Source: Candidatus Levybacteria bacterium GW2011_GWA1_37_16
GTDB lineage: Bacteria > Patescibacteriota > Microgenomatia > Levybacterales > UBA12049
Direction of reading: 5' to 3'
Assembly (NCBI GenBank): GCA_943357985.1
Contig: CALRGR010000002.1
Span: 306 to 64,305 of the forward strand
DNA length: 64,000 bases
Part shown: in pieces, positions 28,781-36,821 of the stretch
How the letters are laid out: the number at the start of each line of letters is the position of its first letter
Numbering within the stretch: position 1 is the stretch's first letter
The notes under the pieces: model-generated
The model's database searches: none
Told to the model about the DNA's origin: nothing
What the model saw: the letters and a program-made list of their open reading frames with translations, nothing else
Made by a program: the position numbers and the translations under genes

Positions 28781-29825
28781 AGAAGCATTTAGTGTAGGAC
28801 TGGAAGCAGCAGCATATCATAGAAAGCCTTTTGAAGGAGAACCTACGGAGGTTTTTGCAGCAAGGGAACAAGAGGCAAGAAATAATATGCTTAGGTACTT
28901 GGGAGAGTATAGGTTAGCTGTAAAATTTGATGAAATTTTTTATCAAGAAGGACAAAATTCCAGTGGTGAAAGGTTCCTTAGAGCAAAAGAAAATGCACCT
29001 GTCAGGGATATATTTAGAAATTTTATCAGACAAAAAGAAATAGACGGGCAAAGCTCAAAAAGGGAAGTTGCAGAGTGTTTAGGATTTGAAAAAGTTGAGG
29101 AGAAGTTTTTAGCAGGAGAAGATTTTCTTTTTCTTTGGATTTCTCCTCCGGGGGCAAAAGAGGATGGATACGGTGATTATAGCTTCACATTTGTAGGAGA
29201 GGTTAGAAATGGACAAATAAGGGAAATTCCTTATAGAAATAAACTTCAGCTTGAAGAACATAGGGAGATTATAAGATTGTTTTCGAATCAGGCGGATAGC
29301 TTCCAAATAGATGTTGACTTTCTGGCAAATCCTATATTTATCCCAAAAACAAAAAGTAGAAATTCCGCAGAAGATATTCTTGCAGAAATTGGCGAAAAAG
29401 AAGCTATTGATATTTCTTGGAAAAGTCGGCTGGAAACAAGGCTTGCCAGTCTAATGGATATTTTTATTGATGCGGTAAAAAGGAATGCGCCCGAGCATGA
29501 ACTTAATAAAATAAAAAGAGCAATAGAAAATTTTACAATAAATAAAAAGAATGAAATTGTTTCAGGAGAATTTACTCATTATGATTTGAACACTAAGAAT
29601 TTGATAGATACTTATGGAAGCTATGCTCCTCCTGTTGTTGGGGGGAGTTGTGGTAATTCTTCATCCAGTACTCTTATGGAATTTCAGCAGGAATTTAATC
29701 TGGAACCAGATAAGTATGGAGACAGAAAATTTGACTGTCCGCAGTGTGGAGAGACAAATGTAAGGCCAAAAGATCAACTTCTTACAAAATGTCAACATTG
29801 TGGCAGCAAAAAGGTAGCCTGTTAA
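28773..29825 (+). CDS. Hypothetical protein with C-terminal zinc ribbon
   Basis: GTG start after AAGGAG; WISPP motif; CPQCG...CQHCG. Confidence 0.65.
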   Translation: MAKEAFSVGLEAAAYHRKPFEGEPTEVFAAREQEARNNMLRYLGEYRLAVKFDEIFYQEGQNSSGERFLRAKENAPVRDIFRNFIRQKEIDGQSSKREVAECLGFEKVEEKFLAGEDFLFLWISPPGAKEDGYGDYSFTFVGEVRNGQIREIPYRNKLQLEEHREIIRLFSNQADSFQIDVDFLANPIFIPKTKSRNSAEDILAEIGEKEAIDISWKSRLETRLASLMDIFIDAVKRNAPEHELNKIKRAIENFTINKKNEIVSGEFTHYDLNTKNLIDTYGSYAPPVVGGSCGNSSSSTLMEFQQEFNLEPDKYGDRKFDCPQCGETNVRPKDQLLTKCQHCGSKKVAC

Positions 29826-29890
29826 CCGTTAGTCTTTTGTGAGGCTTTTATAATGACACGCTTGGCATTGCGTGATATGATGAATGCATT

Positions 29891-30331
29891 ATGAATCCTA
29901 CTGCCGATCCGGTTCAAGCAGTCCCAAATATTCAGACTGATCCATCCATAATCCTAGCATCTCCTATTCTCCCAGTTCCTGTTGTGTCTGGTTCTGGTGT
30001 GCATAAGGAGGAAGGCCCTGTAATTTCGTTTGCAAGTTCAGCAGAAACAGTTCCTATGATAAGTAAAGAGCTTGGAGAGATAGGAATCAAGACGCCTGTC
30101 CAGCATGATAATCCAAATTTGACAGTTGAGCATAATCAGGTAGGAATGACTATTTCTCCTTCAGCCCAGCCTGTTCCGGTGAAGCTTTCGGAAAATCCAT
30201 TTACTATGACTCCAGCACAAGCAAAATTTGAACAGAAAGGTTCTATAGAAAATTCTAGTTCATGGCTTGCAAAATTGTGGAATAAATTTTTTACACCTAA
30301 GCCACAAGTAATGAAAGGAGGATTGTCTTAA
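29891..30331 (+). CDS. Hypothetical Pro-rich protein
   Basis: 146 aa, translationally coupled to the downstream ATPase. Confidence 0.6.
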   Translation: MNPTADPVQAVPNIQTDPSIILASPILPVPVVSGSGVHKEEGPVISFASSAETVPMISKELGEIGIKTPVQHDNPNLTVEHNQVGMTISPSAQPVPVKLSENPFTMTPAQAKFEQKGSIENSSSWLAKLWNKFFTPKPQVMKGGLS

Positions 30332-32712
30332 TGAATCCGGTATCATTTTCCTTAGATAGTCTTGTTCAGTTTTTGACGGCCTTTTTAATAGGCCTTGCTC
30401 TTTCTATAGTTTTAGTAGGTCTTGCGGCTTTAGGAGTTTATCTACTTAGTGTCTGGTATAGAAATAGAGAAAGAGAGAAGTATTCTTTGGACTCAACTCT
30501 TCTTCAGGTTTCCCTAGCGCGGGACAATGAGATAAAAATAGATGCAGCAGAACAGCTTTTCTCTTCTCTTGCATCATTTAGAAAAAGCGGAAGGTTTTCT
30601 TTTTTGCATCTTCAGCCGCACATTTCTTTTGAAATAGTAGGAATGCCTGCCGATATAAGGTTTTATATATACGTTCCTAATAAACTTAAGGACTTTGTAG
30701 AAAAGCAAATAAACGGAGCATATCCTGATGCTGAGATAAAAACTGTAGAAGAAAAATCTTCAATGAGAGAAGGTTATACAGTAGGAAATGAATACAATAT
30801 TTTTTCAAAAGAAGGAAAGGTAGCTTTTGCCAGCTTAAAGCTTAAAAAGTCTGATTATATGCCAATTAAAGTTTATAAAGATTTGGCTACAGATCCACTC
30901 TCTTCAATTACTTCAGTACTTGCCAAAATGACAGAAGGAGAGGGAGCAGCAATTCAAATTTTAATTTCTCCTGCTGAGGGAAAATGGAAGAAATTTGGAC
31001 GGACACATCTTTCCAAAGTTAAAAAAGCAGAAGCAAATCCGGAAACAGCAAAATATTCGGCAGATCCTAAGGAGCTTGAAGGAATCGAGAATAAAATCGG
31101 GAAATCAGGCTTTGATACCGTAGTTAGAATTGTTGTCAGCTCAAGCACAAAAGAGGCAGCGGATGCTCATCTGGGAAATATAGTGAACGCTTTTAATCAG
31201 TTTTCCGGAGCAAATTCCTTTACAAAAAATAAATTAAGACTTAAAGGAATGTTTATGGCTGATTTTATCTATAGATATCTTCCAATGAGAAAAGGGCAGA
31301 CTTCGGTTCTTTCAAGTGAAGAATTGGCAACTGTTTTCCATCTTCCAAATAAGTCTGTTGCAACTCCTCATATTTTCTGGGTAAGTTCAAAAAGAGCGCC
31401 GGCCCCCTCCCAAATCCCCGATCATGGTCTTTTTCTTGGGAGAAGTACCTATAGGGGCCTTTCTAAGCCCGTCCATATAGACATAGATGATAGGCGCAGA
31501 CACATGTATATTATTGGAAAAACAGGAACTGGAAAATCTGAGTTTCTTAAGGCTATGATAATGCAGGATATTAATAATGGCGAAGGTCTTGCTGTTATTG
31601 ATCCGCATGGAGATTTAATTGATGACATTTTACAGCTTATTCCTTCAAATAGGGCAGAAGATGTTATTTTATTTGATCCATCAGATACAACCCGTCCGAT
31701 GGGTTTTAATATGCTAGAAGCCTCAACGGAGGAGCAAAAGCATTATGTTGTAACCTCAATCATCGGCCTCATGTATAAACTTTTTGACCCAAACAAAACC
31801 GGAATTATCGGGCCTCGCTTTGAGCATGCTATAAGAAACGCAATGCTAACGGTTATGTATGATCCAGGAGCTACTTTTATTGAAGTTGTAAGAGTTTTAA
31901 CAGATGCAAATTTTGTACAGGAACTTTTGCCAAAAGTCCAAGATCCAATTATTAGGAGATACTGGACAGACCAGATAGCACAAACTAGTGATTTCCATAA
32001 GTCTGAAGTGCTAGATTACATTGTTTCTAAATTTGGCCGTTTTGTTACAAATAAAATGATAAGAAATATCATTGGTCAATCTTATAGTTCTTTTAACTTC
32101 AGGCAGGTAATGGATGAGAAGAAAATTTTACTTGTTAATCTTTCAAAAGGAAAAATTGGGGAAGAGAATTCAAATTTCTTGGGGCTAATACTTGTTCCTA
32201 AAATTCTAATTGCTGCAATGAGCCGTCAAGATGTGCCACAAGACCAGAGAAAAGACTTCTTTTTATACGTTGATGAGTTCCAAAACTTTGCAACTCCTGA
32301 CTTTGCTCAAATACTTTCCGAAGCCCGAAAATACAGACTTAATTTAATTGTTGCAAACCAGTTTGTTGGACAAATGGATGAGGAAGTGAAAAATGCTATA
32401 TTTGGAAATGTTGGAACGGTTGCCTCTTTTAGAGTTGGAGTTACGGATGCAAACTATCTGCAGCATGAATTCCAGCCAACGTTTACAGAAGCAGATCTTA
32501 TAAATATTGACAGATTTAATACTTATATTAAAACTATTGTTGGAGGGGAGCCTGTGCCGCCTTTCTCTATGGATTTAACACGCGATATGACAGCAGAAAA
32601 AGCAATGGCAAATCCAAGAATTGCCGAGCTTATAAAAGAACTTTCACGTCTAAAATATGGACGCGATGCGATTCAGATTGAAGCAGAAATAGGGCAGCGC
32701 GCAAAGCTTTAG
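30331..32712 (+). CDS. TraG/VirD4-like (DUF87/HerA) ATPase
   Basis: RRHMYIIGKTGTGKS Walker A, IDPHGDL, LYVDEFQNF Walker B, SEARKYRL. Confidence 0.85.
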   Translation: MNPVSFSLDSLVQFLTAFLIGLALSIVLVGLAALGVYLLSVWYRNREREKYSLDSTLLQVSLARDNEIKIDAAEQLFSSLASFRKSGRFSFLHLQPHISFEIVGMPADIRFYIYVPNKLKDFVEKQINGAYPDAEIKTVEEKSSMREGYTVGNEYNIFSKEGKVAFASLKLKKSDYMPIKVYKDLATDPLSSITSVLAKMTEGEGAAIQILISPAEGKWKKFGRTHLSKVKKAEANPETAKYSADPKELEGIENKIGKSGFDTVVRIVVSSSTKEAADAHLGNIVNAFNQFSGANSFTKNKLRLKGMFMADFIYRYLPMRKGQTSVLSSEELATVFHLPNKSVATPHIFWVSSKRAPAPSQIPDHGLFLGRSTYRGLSKPVHIDIDDRRRHMYIIGKTGTGKSEFLKAMIMQDINNGEGLAVIDPHGDLIDDILQLIPSNRAEDVILFDPSDTTRPMGFNMLEASTEEQKHYVVTSIIGLMYKLFDPNKTGIIGPRFEHAIRNAMLTVMYDPGATFIEVVRVLTDANFVQELLPKVQDPIIRRYWTDQIAQTSDFHKSEVLDYIVSKFGRFVTNKMIRNIIGQSYSSFNFRQVMDEKKILLVNLSKGKIGEENSNFLGLILVPKILIAAMSRQDVPQDQRKDFFLYVDEFQNFATPDFAQILSEARKYRLNLIVANQFVGQMDEEVKNAIFGNVGTVASFRVGVTDANYLQHEFQPTFTEADLINIDRFNTYIKTIVGGEPVPPFSMDLTRDMTAEKAMANPRIAELIKELSRLKYGRDAIQIEAEIGQRAKL

Positions 32713-32754
32713 CTTGCTCTTGCCTTCCTCTCTTGATAGAATAGCAAGCAATCA

Positions 32755-32826
32755 GGGTGCGTAGCTCAGTGGTAGAGCGCTACTCTTATAAAGTAGATGT
32801 CCTTGGTCCGATCCCAAGCGCACCCA
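32755..32826 (+). tRNA. tRNA-Ile (anticodon UAU)
   Basis: GGGTGCG/CGCACCC acceptor, GCTC/GAGC D stem, CTACT-CT TAT AA-AGTAG anticodon arm, CTTGG-TCCGATC-CCAAG T arm; CCA not encoded. Confidence 0.88.
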
Positions 32827-32828
32827 CA

Positions 32829-34043
32829 ATGATTTTTGTCCCCAGATTTATTAAAACCTCTGCCCTTAAGTTAACGCGTGATAGAGGATACGTCCTCAAT
32901 AAATTTTTGCTGCATACTTTTCCCAAAGGTTATCCACAAGTACAAACTGTAATTATCTTGAAAAACAAACCGGAGAAAGATGATGTAAATATTTCAAGAA
33001 GGCTTTTGAAAGCATATAAGCTGGCAAAAGCTACTGATGAAGTTAAAAAGCCTGTCTTGCTCGTCTCGCTGCGAAGCGGGCCTGCAGGCAGGGAGAAGGA
33101 TATTTGGACAGATTTAGCTATGTCTGACCATAGAGAATTTATAGAAGTTTTGGAAAGTGATGATCCAAAACTTCTTGCCAATTATTTATTTGGTGTTCAC
33201 GCAAGAGGAATTTCTCAGGGACTTGTGCAGGGGGAAAAAGAATATGAAAAAATCCGTGCCTCTCAAATTTTTAGAAGGTTTTTAGGAGTTAATACTAAAG
33301 ATAAGCTTATATCTTTAGCAGAATATTTGGGAGTTTTGTCTTATGAGAATCCGGAACAGGGAAGAAATGGCGAAAACATTTACAAGAATGTAAATAAAAT
33401 AGTTTCTGAAATTGAGAAAAAACTTGGTTTTGAAATTACAACTGCAGATTTTGAAAACGCTCTTTTGAAGCTGAAACTTAAAAAAGGCTCGATTCATATA
33501 CGTGATATTTATGCACTTTATACAGCTTTTCGTTTGGCCGAAATAGCAGGCAAAAAAGCAAAGGTGGCAGAAATTGGCGGAGGAGTTGGAAAAGCAGCTT
33601 ACTATGCTTACAAATTAGGAATTGCCGATTACAGCATTTTTGATTTGCCATATATAAATGTTTTGCAAGGATATTTTTTACTTAAAACCTTACCTATTGG
33701 TTCGATTTCTCTTTTTGGGGAAAAAGAAAAAGCTATAAAGATTTTGCCGGACTTTGAATTCTCAAAAGTGGCAAAAAACAGGTTTGATATAGCTTTAAAT
33801 TCTGATTCTTTCCCAGAGATAAATAAAAAGATAGTTAAGAAATATCTATCTGATATTAAAAAGAATACGAAGAAATATTTACTAAGCATAAATCAAGAAG
33901 GGGAGAGTAGCTTTGCCGCCATAAAACAATCTGTTGTCGGCAAAATCATTTCTGAAATTGGTGGATTTAAGAGAGAATACAGGTTTCCATTTTGGGTAAG
34001 AAAAGGTTATATTGAAGAGCTTTATAGTATAATTAAAGTATGA
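32829..34043 (+). CDS. Putative sugar O-methyltransferase
   Basis: VAEIGGGVGK, IFDLP, NSDSFPEI; start moved to ATG 32829, after the tRNA. Confidence 0.7.
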   Translation: MIFVPRFIKTSALKLTRDRGYVLNKFLLHTFPKGYPQVQTVIILKNKPEKDDVNISRRLLKAYKLAKATDEVKKPVLLVSLRSGPAGREKDIWTDLAMSDHREFIEVLESDDPKLLANYLFGVHARGISQGLVQGEKEYEKIRASQIFRRFLGVNTKDKLISLAEYLGVLSYENPEQGRNGENIYKNVNKIVSEIEKKLGFEITTADFENALLKLKLKKGSIHIRDIYALYTAFRLAEIAGKKAKVAEIGGGVGKAAYYAYKLGIADYSIFDLPYINVLQGYFLLKTLPIGSISLFGEKEKAIKILPDFEFSKVAKNRFDIALNSDSFPEINKKIVKKYLSDIKKNTKKYLLSINQEGESSFAAIKQSVVGKIISEIGGFKREYRFPFWVRKGYIEELYSIIKV

Positions 34044-34735
34044 AAAACAAAATAATTTTAGCCATTGGCGCGCATCCTGATGATACGGATTTTGGAGCAT
34101 CCGGAACAATTGCAAAGTGGGTGGAAGAAGGAGCAACCGCTTGTTATGTTATCTGTACAGACGGCAGCAGAGGCTCGGAAGACCCTAGGATGACACATAA
34201 GAAACTGGCTGCAATCCGTAAATCGGAGCAGGAGGAAGCAGCAAAAGTTTTGGGAGTTAAAAAGGTCTTCTTTTTAAATCATCCGGATACTCAGCTTGTT
34301 TCCGATTTAAAACTTAAGGAAGAGTTGGTTAGGGTCATAAGAACCGTTAAGCCTAATATTGTAATAACTATGGACCCCACTTTTTATTACTCCGAAGAAT
34401 TTATAAATCATACGGATCATAGGGCAGCAGCTGTGGCTGCAATGGATGCTGTTTTTCCTCTTTCCCGTGATAGACTTACATTCTTGGAGCATGAGAAAGT
34501 AGGACTGAGGCCTCACAAAGTTGAAGAAATATTATTTGTCAGCTTTGGAGGAGGAGAGTTTTTTGTAGATATTAGCAAAACAATAGAGAAAAAAATAAAA
34601 GCACTAGCACTTCATAAGAGCCAGTTTGAAAACTTTGCCGATGTTGAAAAAAGAGTAAGAAAAAGAGCAAAAATGCTTGGAAAAAAGGGTGGTTATAAAG
34701 CTGCCGAAAGCTTCAAAAGAGTAGTAATCCGCTAA
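34040..34735 (+). CDS. PIG-L/LmbE family deacetylase
   Basis: AHPDD, TDGSRG, HTDH, ALHKSQ. Confidence 0.88.
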   Translation: MKNKIILAIGAHPDDTDFGASGTIAKWVEEGATACYVICTDGSRGSEDPRMTHKKLAAIRKSEQEEAAKVLGVKKVFFLNHPDTQLVSDLKLKEELVRVIRTVKPNIVITMDPTFYYSEEFINHTDHRAAAVAAMDAVFPLSRDRLTFLEHEKVGLRPHKVEEILFVSFGGGEFFVDISKTIEKKIKALALHKSQFENFADVEKRVRKRAKMLGKKGGYKAAESFKRVVIR

Positions 34736-34736
34736 A

Positions 34737-35597
34737 TTATAGTTCGGACATTATTGCGGTTTCTTTTGCTCTGTCAGGAACAAAATCAAGATATCTTTCG
34801 GTTGTTGAGAGTCTTTTATGGCCCAAAAGCTTGGAAAGTAAGACCAAAGAAATGCCGTGGCGCAAGTGATGTGCAACAAAAGTGTGCCTTAAATCATTTA
34901 CTTTGGCGTTTTTAATTTCCGCAATTCTAAAGTAGCGCTCAATTGCAGTTCTAATATTTCTAACCAAGAATGATTTTCCTGACTTGGTCACAAAAAGCGG
35001 CCCGCTTTCAATCTTGGGTCTAATTTCAAGATAGCGTCTTAAAGCCTCACGGGAACGGGCATTGAGAGGAACATCTCTTTCTTCATGTTTTTCAACTGCT
35101 GGAATATGAAGAGAATCTTTTTTAACATCTTCCATTTTTAAAGCTGCAAGTTCTCCAATTCTAATTCCTGTTTGAAGTAAGATCTCAATAATGGCATACA
35201 TTCTGGCATCATTTTGAGCCGCATCTCTTAGTGCTCTATATTCCGTAGGAGTTAAAATTCTAGGTGGAGCTAAGTGATATTGTGGATGATCAACTAAAAG
35301 AGAAGGGTCGTCTGTTATATATTCATTGATTTTCAAAAACCTATAGAAAGTACGGGTGGAATTGAGCTTTCTTGAGATTGATTTAGCTGTGTAACCGTTT
35401 TTGCTCATTGAGGCTAAAAAGGCATCAATGTCTTCTTTATCTACTTCATGAATATGGTTCTTTTTAAGCTCATTTAAGAACGTTACAAGCTGTTCCACAT
35501 CCTTACCGTATGCTACAATAGTAGCACTTGAGTTTTTGTTGCCTTTAAGATAATTTCTGAACTCTTCATTTGCGTCCGAAAGCTTTATGATTTTCAT
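34737..35597 (-). CDS. XerC/XerD-like tyrosine recombinase
   Basis: SAM-like N-domain, TGIRIGEL, NDLRHTF, LLGH, TTERY; start at MKIIKL. Confidence 0.85.
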   Translation of the reverse strand: MKIIKLSDANEEFRNYLKGNKNSSATIVAYGKDVEQLVTFLNELKKNHIHEVDKEDIDAFLASMSKNGYTAKSISRKLNSTRTFYRFLKINEYITDDPSLLVDHPQYHLAPPRILTPTEYRALRDAAQNDARMYAIIEILLQTGIRIGELAALKMEDVKKDSLHIPAVEKHEERDVPLNARSREALRRYLEIRPKIESGPLFVTKSGKSFLVRNIRTAIERYFRIAEIKNAKVNDLRHTFVAHHLRHGISLVLLSKLLGHKRLSTTERYLDFVPDRAKETAIMSEL

Positions 35598-35712
35598 AGT
35601 TCGATATATCAATCTTCGATTTCGCTCAGCATCCTGAGCTTGCCGAAGGATAAACAATATCCTATAATATCAAGAATGAAGCTAATAGTCAAGAAGCATT
35701 TATAAAAGGCTT

Positions 35713-36054
35713 ATGAAAAGAATTATATTCGCAATTTTAGTTTTCAGCTTAAGCTTAGTAATCGTTGGTCTTGCCCGTTCAATATATGACCTTTGGAAAA
35801 AGCAAGATTTGGTTATTTCTTATCAAAAACAGCTTGTAAAACAGAAAAATGAGAATCAGACACTAAAACAAAAGCTTTCATTAACAAATAACCCTAAATT
35901 TGTAGAACAGCAGGCAAGAGACAATCTTTTCCTGTCAAAACCGGGGGAACAGAATATACTTATTCCCAGCGGGCTTCTTATAAGTAGTAGTTCCGCAAGG
36001 CCTATAGAAGACCTAATTCCAAATTGGAAGAAATGGTGGAACCTGTTTTTCTAG
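35713..36054 (+). CDS. Septum formation initiator (DivIC/FtsB family)
   Basis: TM plus coiled coil, FVEQQARDNLFLSKPGE, PNWKKWW. Confidence 0.8.
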   Translation: MKRIIFAILVFSLSLVIVGLARSIYDLWKKQDLVISYQKQLVKQKNENQTLKQKLSLTNNPKFVEQQARDNLFLSKPGEQNILIPSGLLISSSSARPIEDLIPNWKKWWNLFF

Positions 36055-36296
36055 AATTTCAAATTTAAAACTTTTATTTTCTTAGTCTTATCCCAGCCCT
36101 TAATTTGGCTTTCTCTTTTTAAAGCTTCAGATTGGGAACTAAGCTCCTCTAGGTAAACTTTCTTAATAGGTTTATGAGATCTTGTGTATCTTCCACCCTT
36201 GCCGTTTTTATGGTCGGAAAATCTTCTGTCTGGATTGTTCGAGGAGCCAGTATAAAGACTTCCGTCTGAACACAAAAGTATATAAACAAACCACAT
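36051..36296 (-). CDS. Stand-alone GIY-YIG nuclease (UPF0213-like)
   Basis: WFVYILLCSDGSLYTGSS...RRFSDH...YT...ALKRESQIK; start at MWFVY. Confidence 0.88.
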   Translation of the reverse strand: MWFVYILLCSDGSLYTGSSNNPDRRFSDHKNGKGGRYTRSHKPIKKVYLEELSSQSEALKRESQIKGWDKTKKIKVLNLKF

Positions 36297-36304
36297 AGAA
36301 AAGT

Positions 36305-36417
36305 GCTTGCACTGAACTGAGCGAAGCAATGAAATCGCACTTGCCCTTCGACGCGATTTTCGCATGTGCTCAAGTCTTGCTCAGGACACTTCATCTGTGC
36401 TTCGCCCAGCTGAAGTG
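36305..36417. repeat. Composite palindromic repeat between tRNA and GIY-YIG gene
   Basis: cactgaactgagcgaagca / tgcttcgcccagctgaagtg inverted arms enclosing cccttcgac...gctcaggac. Confidence 0.65.
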
Positions 36418-36684
36418 TTGCGGGGCTGGGAGTTGGACCCAGCCTACAAGATTATGCAATCTGTTTCTCCGGTTACCCAGAGTGTCGGACTATATCATCA
36501 TCCTTGATAAATCTAGGATGTTCAGCGTATAGTCTCTACGGGGTCAATCTCGATTAAATCGGGACGACTTCCCTCGGTATTGCCCTTTGTCTAGGGTTTC
36601 ACCGATATAGCTAAATTCTCTTTTATACGTTGCCGTATAAAGGGCCCATTTTTGAGCCTCGTGTGCACCGTACACTACCCCGCG
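36418..36684 (-). tRNA. Intron-containing tRNA-Met(CAU), probable initiator (exons 36655-36684 and 36418-36456)
   Basis: Spliced sequence CGCGGGG TA GTGT ACGGT GCAC A CGAGG CT^CAT AA TCTTG TAGG CTGGG TCCAACT CCCAG CCCCGCA A; C1:A72 mismatch. Confidence 0.85.
36457..36654 (-). ncRNA. Group I intron (IC3-like), 198 nt, inserted between U33 and C34
   Basis: P1 GGCU^CA-aaaa-UG GGCC with U.G at the splice site; P2 cuuuauacg/cguauaaaag; P4 aucggu/accga; P7 AGAGACUA and GAUAUAGUCC; P8 cauccu/aggaug; P9; terminal G. Confidence 0.88.
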
Positions 36685-36742
36685 CGTTTGAACATTATAC
36701 AATTTGATTTAAGGCTCGTCAACCTGATAAAATAGGTGGCAA

Positions 36743-36815
36743 GCCAGGGTAGCTCAGTGGTTAGAGCACAAGATTCATATCCTTGCGGTCGTGGGTTCAA
36801 CTCCCACCCCTGGTA
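36743..36815 (+). tRNA. tRNA-Met (CAU), probably elongator
   Basis: GCCAGGG/CCCTGGT acceptor, GCTC/GAGC, anticodon loop TT CAT AT, GTGGG-TTCAACT-CCCAC. Confidence 0.85.
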
Positions 36816-36821
36816 CTTTTT

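Noticed and set aside
30331-32712. Conjugative element suggested by the TraG/VirD4-like ATPase
   Set aside because: No relaxase or other T4SS genes in the window; such ATPases are common chromosomal genes in CPR.
32755-35597. Integrative island at tRNA-Ile with the tyrosine recombinase as integrase
   Set aside because: I found no duplicated tRNA 3' end (att site), the recombinase is short and Xer-like, and the flanking genes are housekeeping.
36543-36570. Intron P6 hairpin (cccgatttaatcgaga) resembling the intergenic palindrome at 8853-8868
   Set aside because: The similarity is too short, with only two instances, to claim a repeat insertion in the intron.
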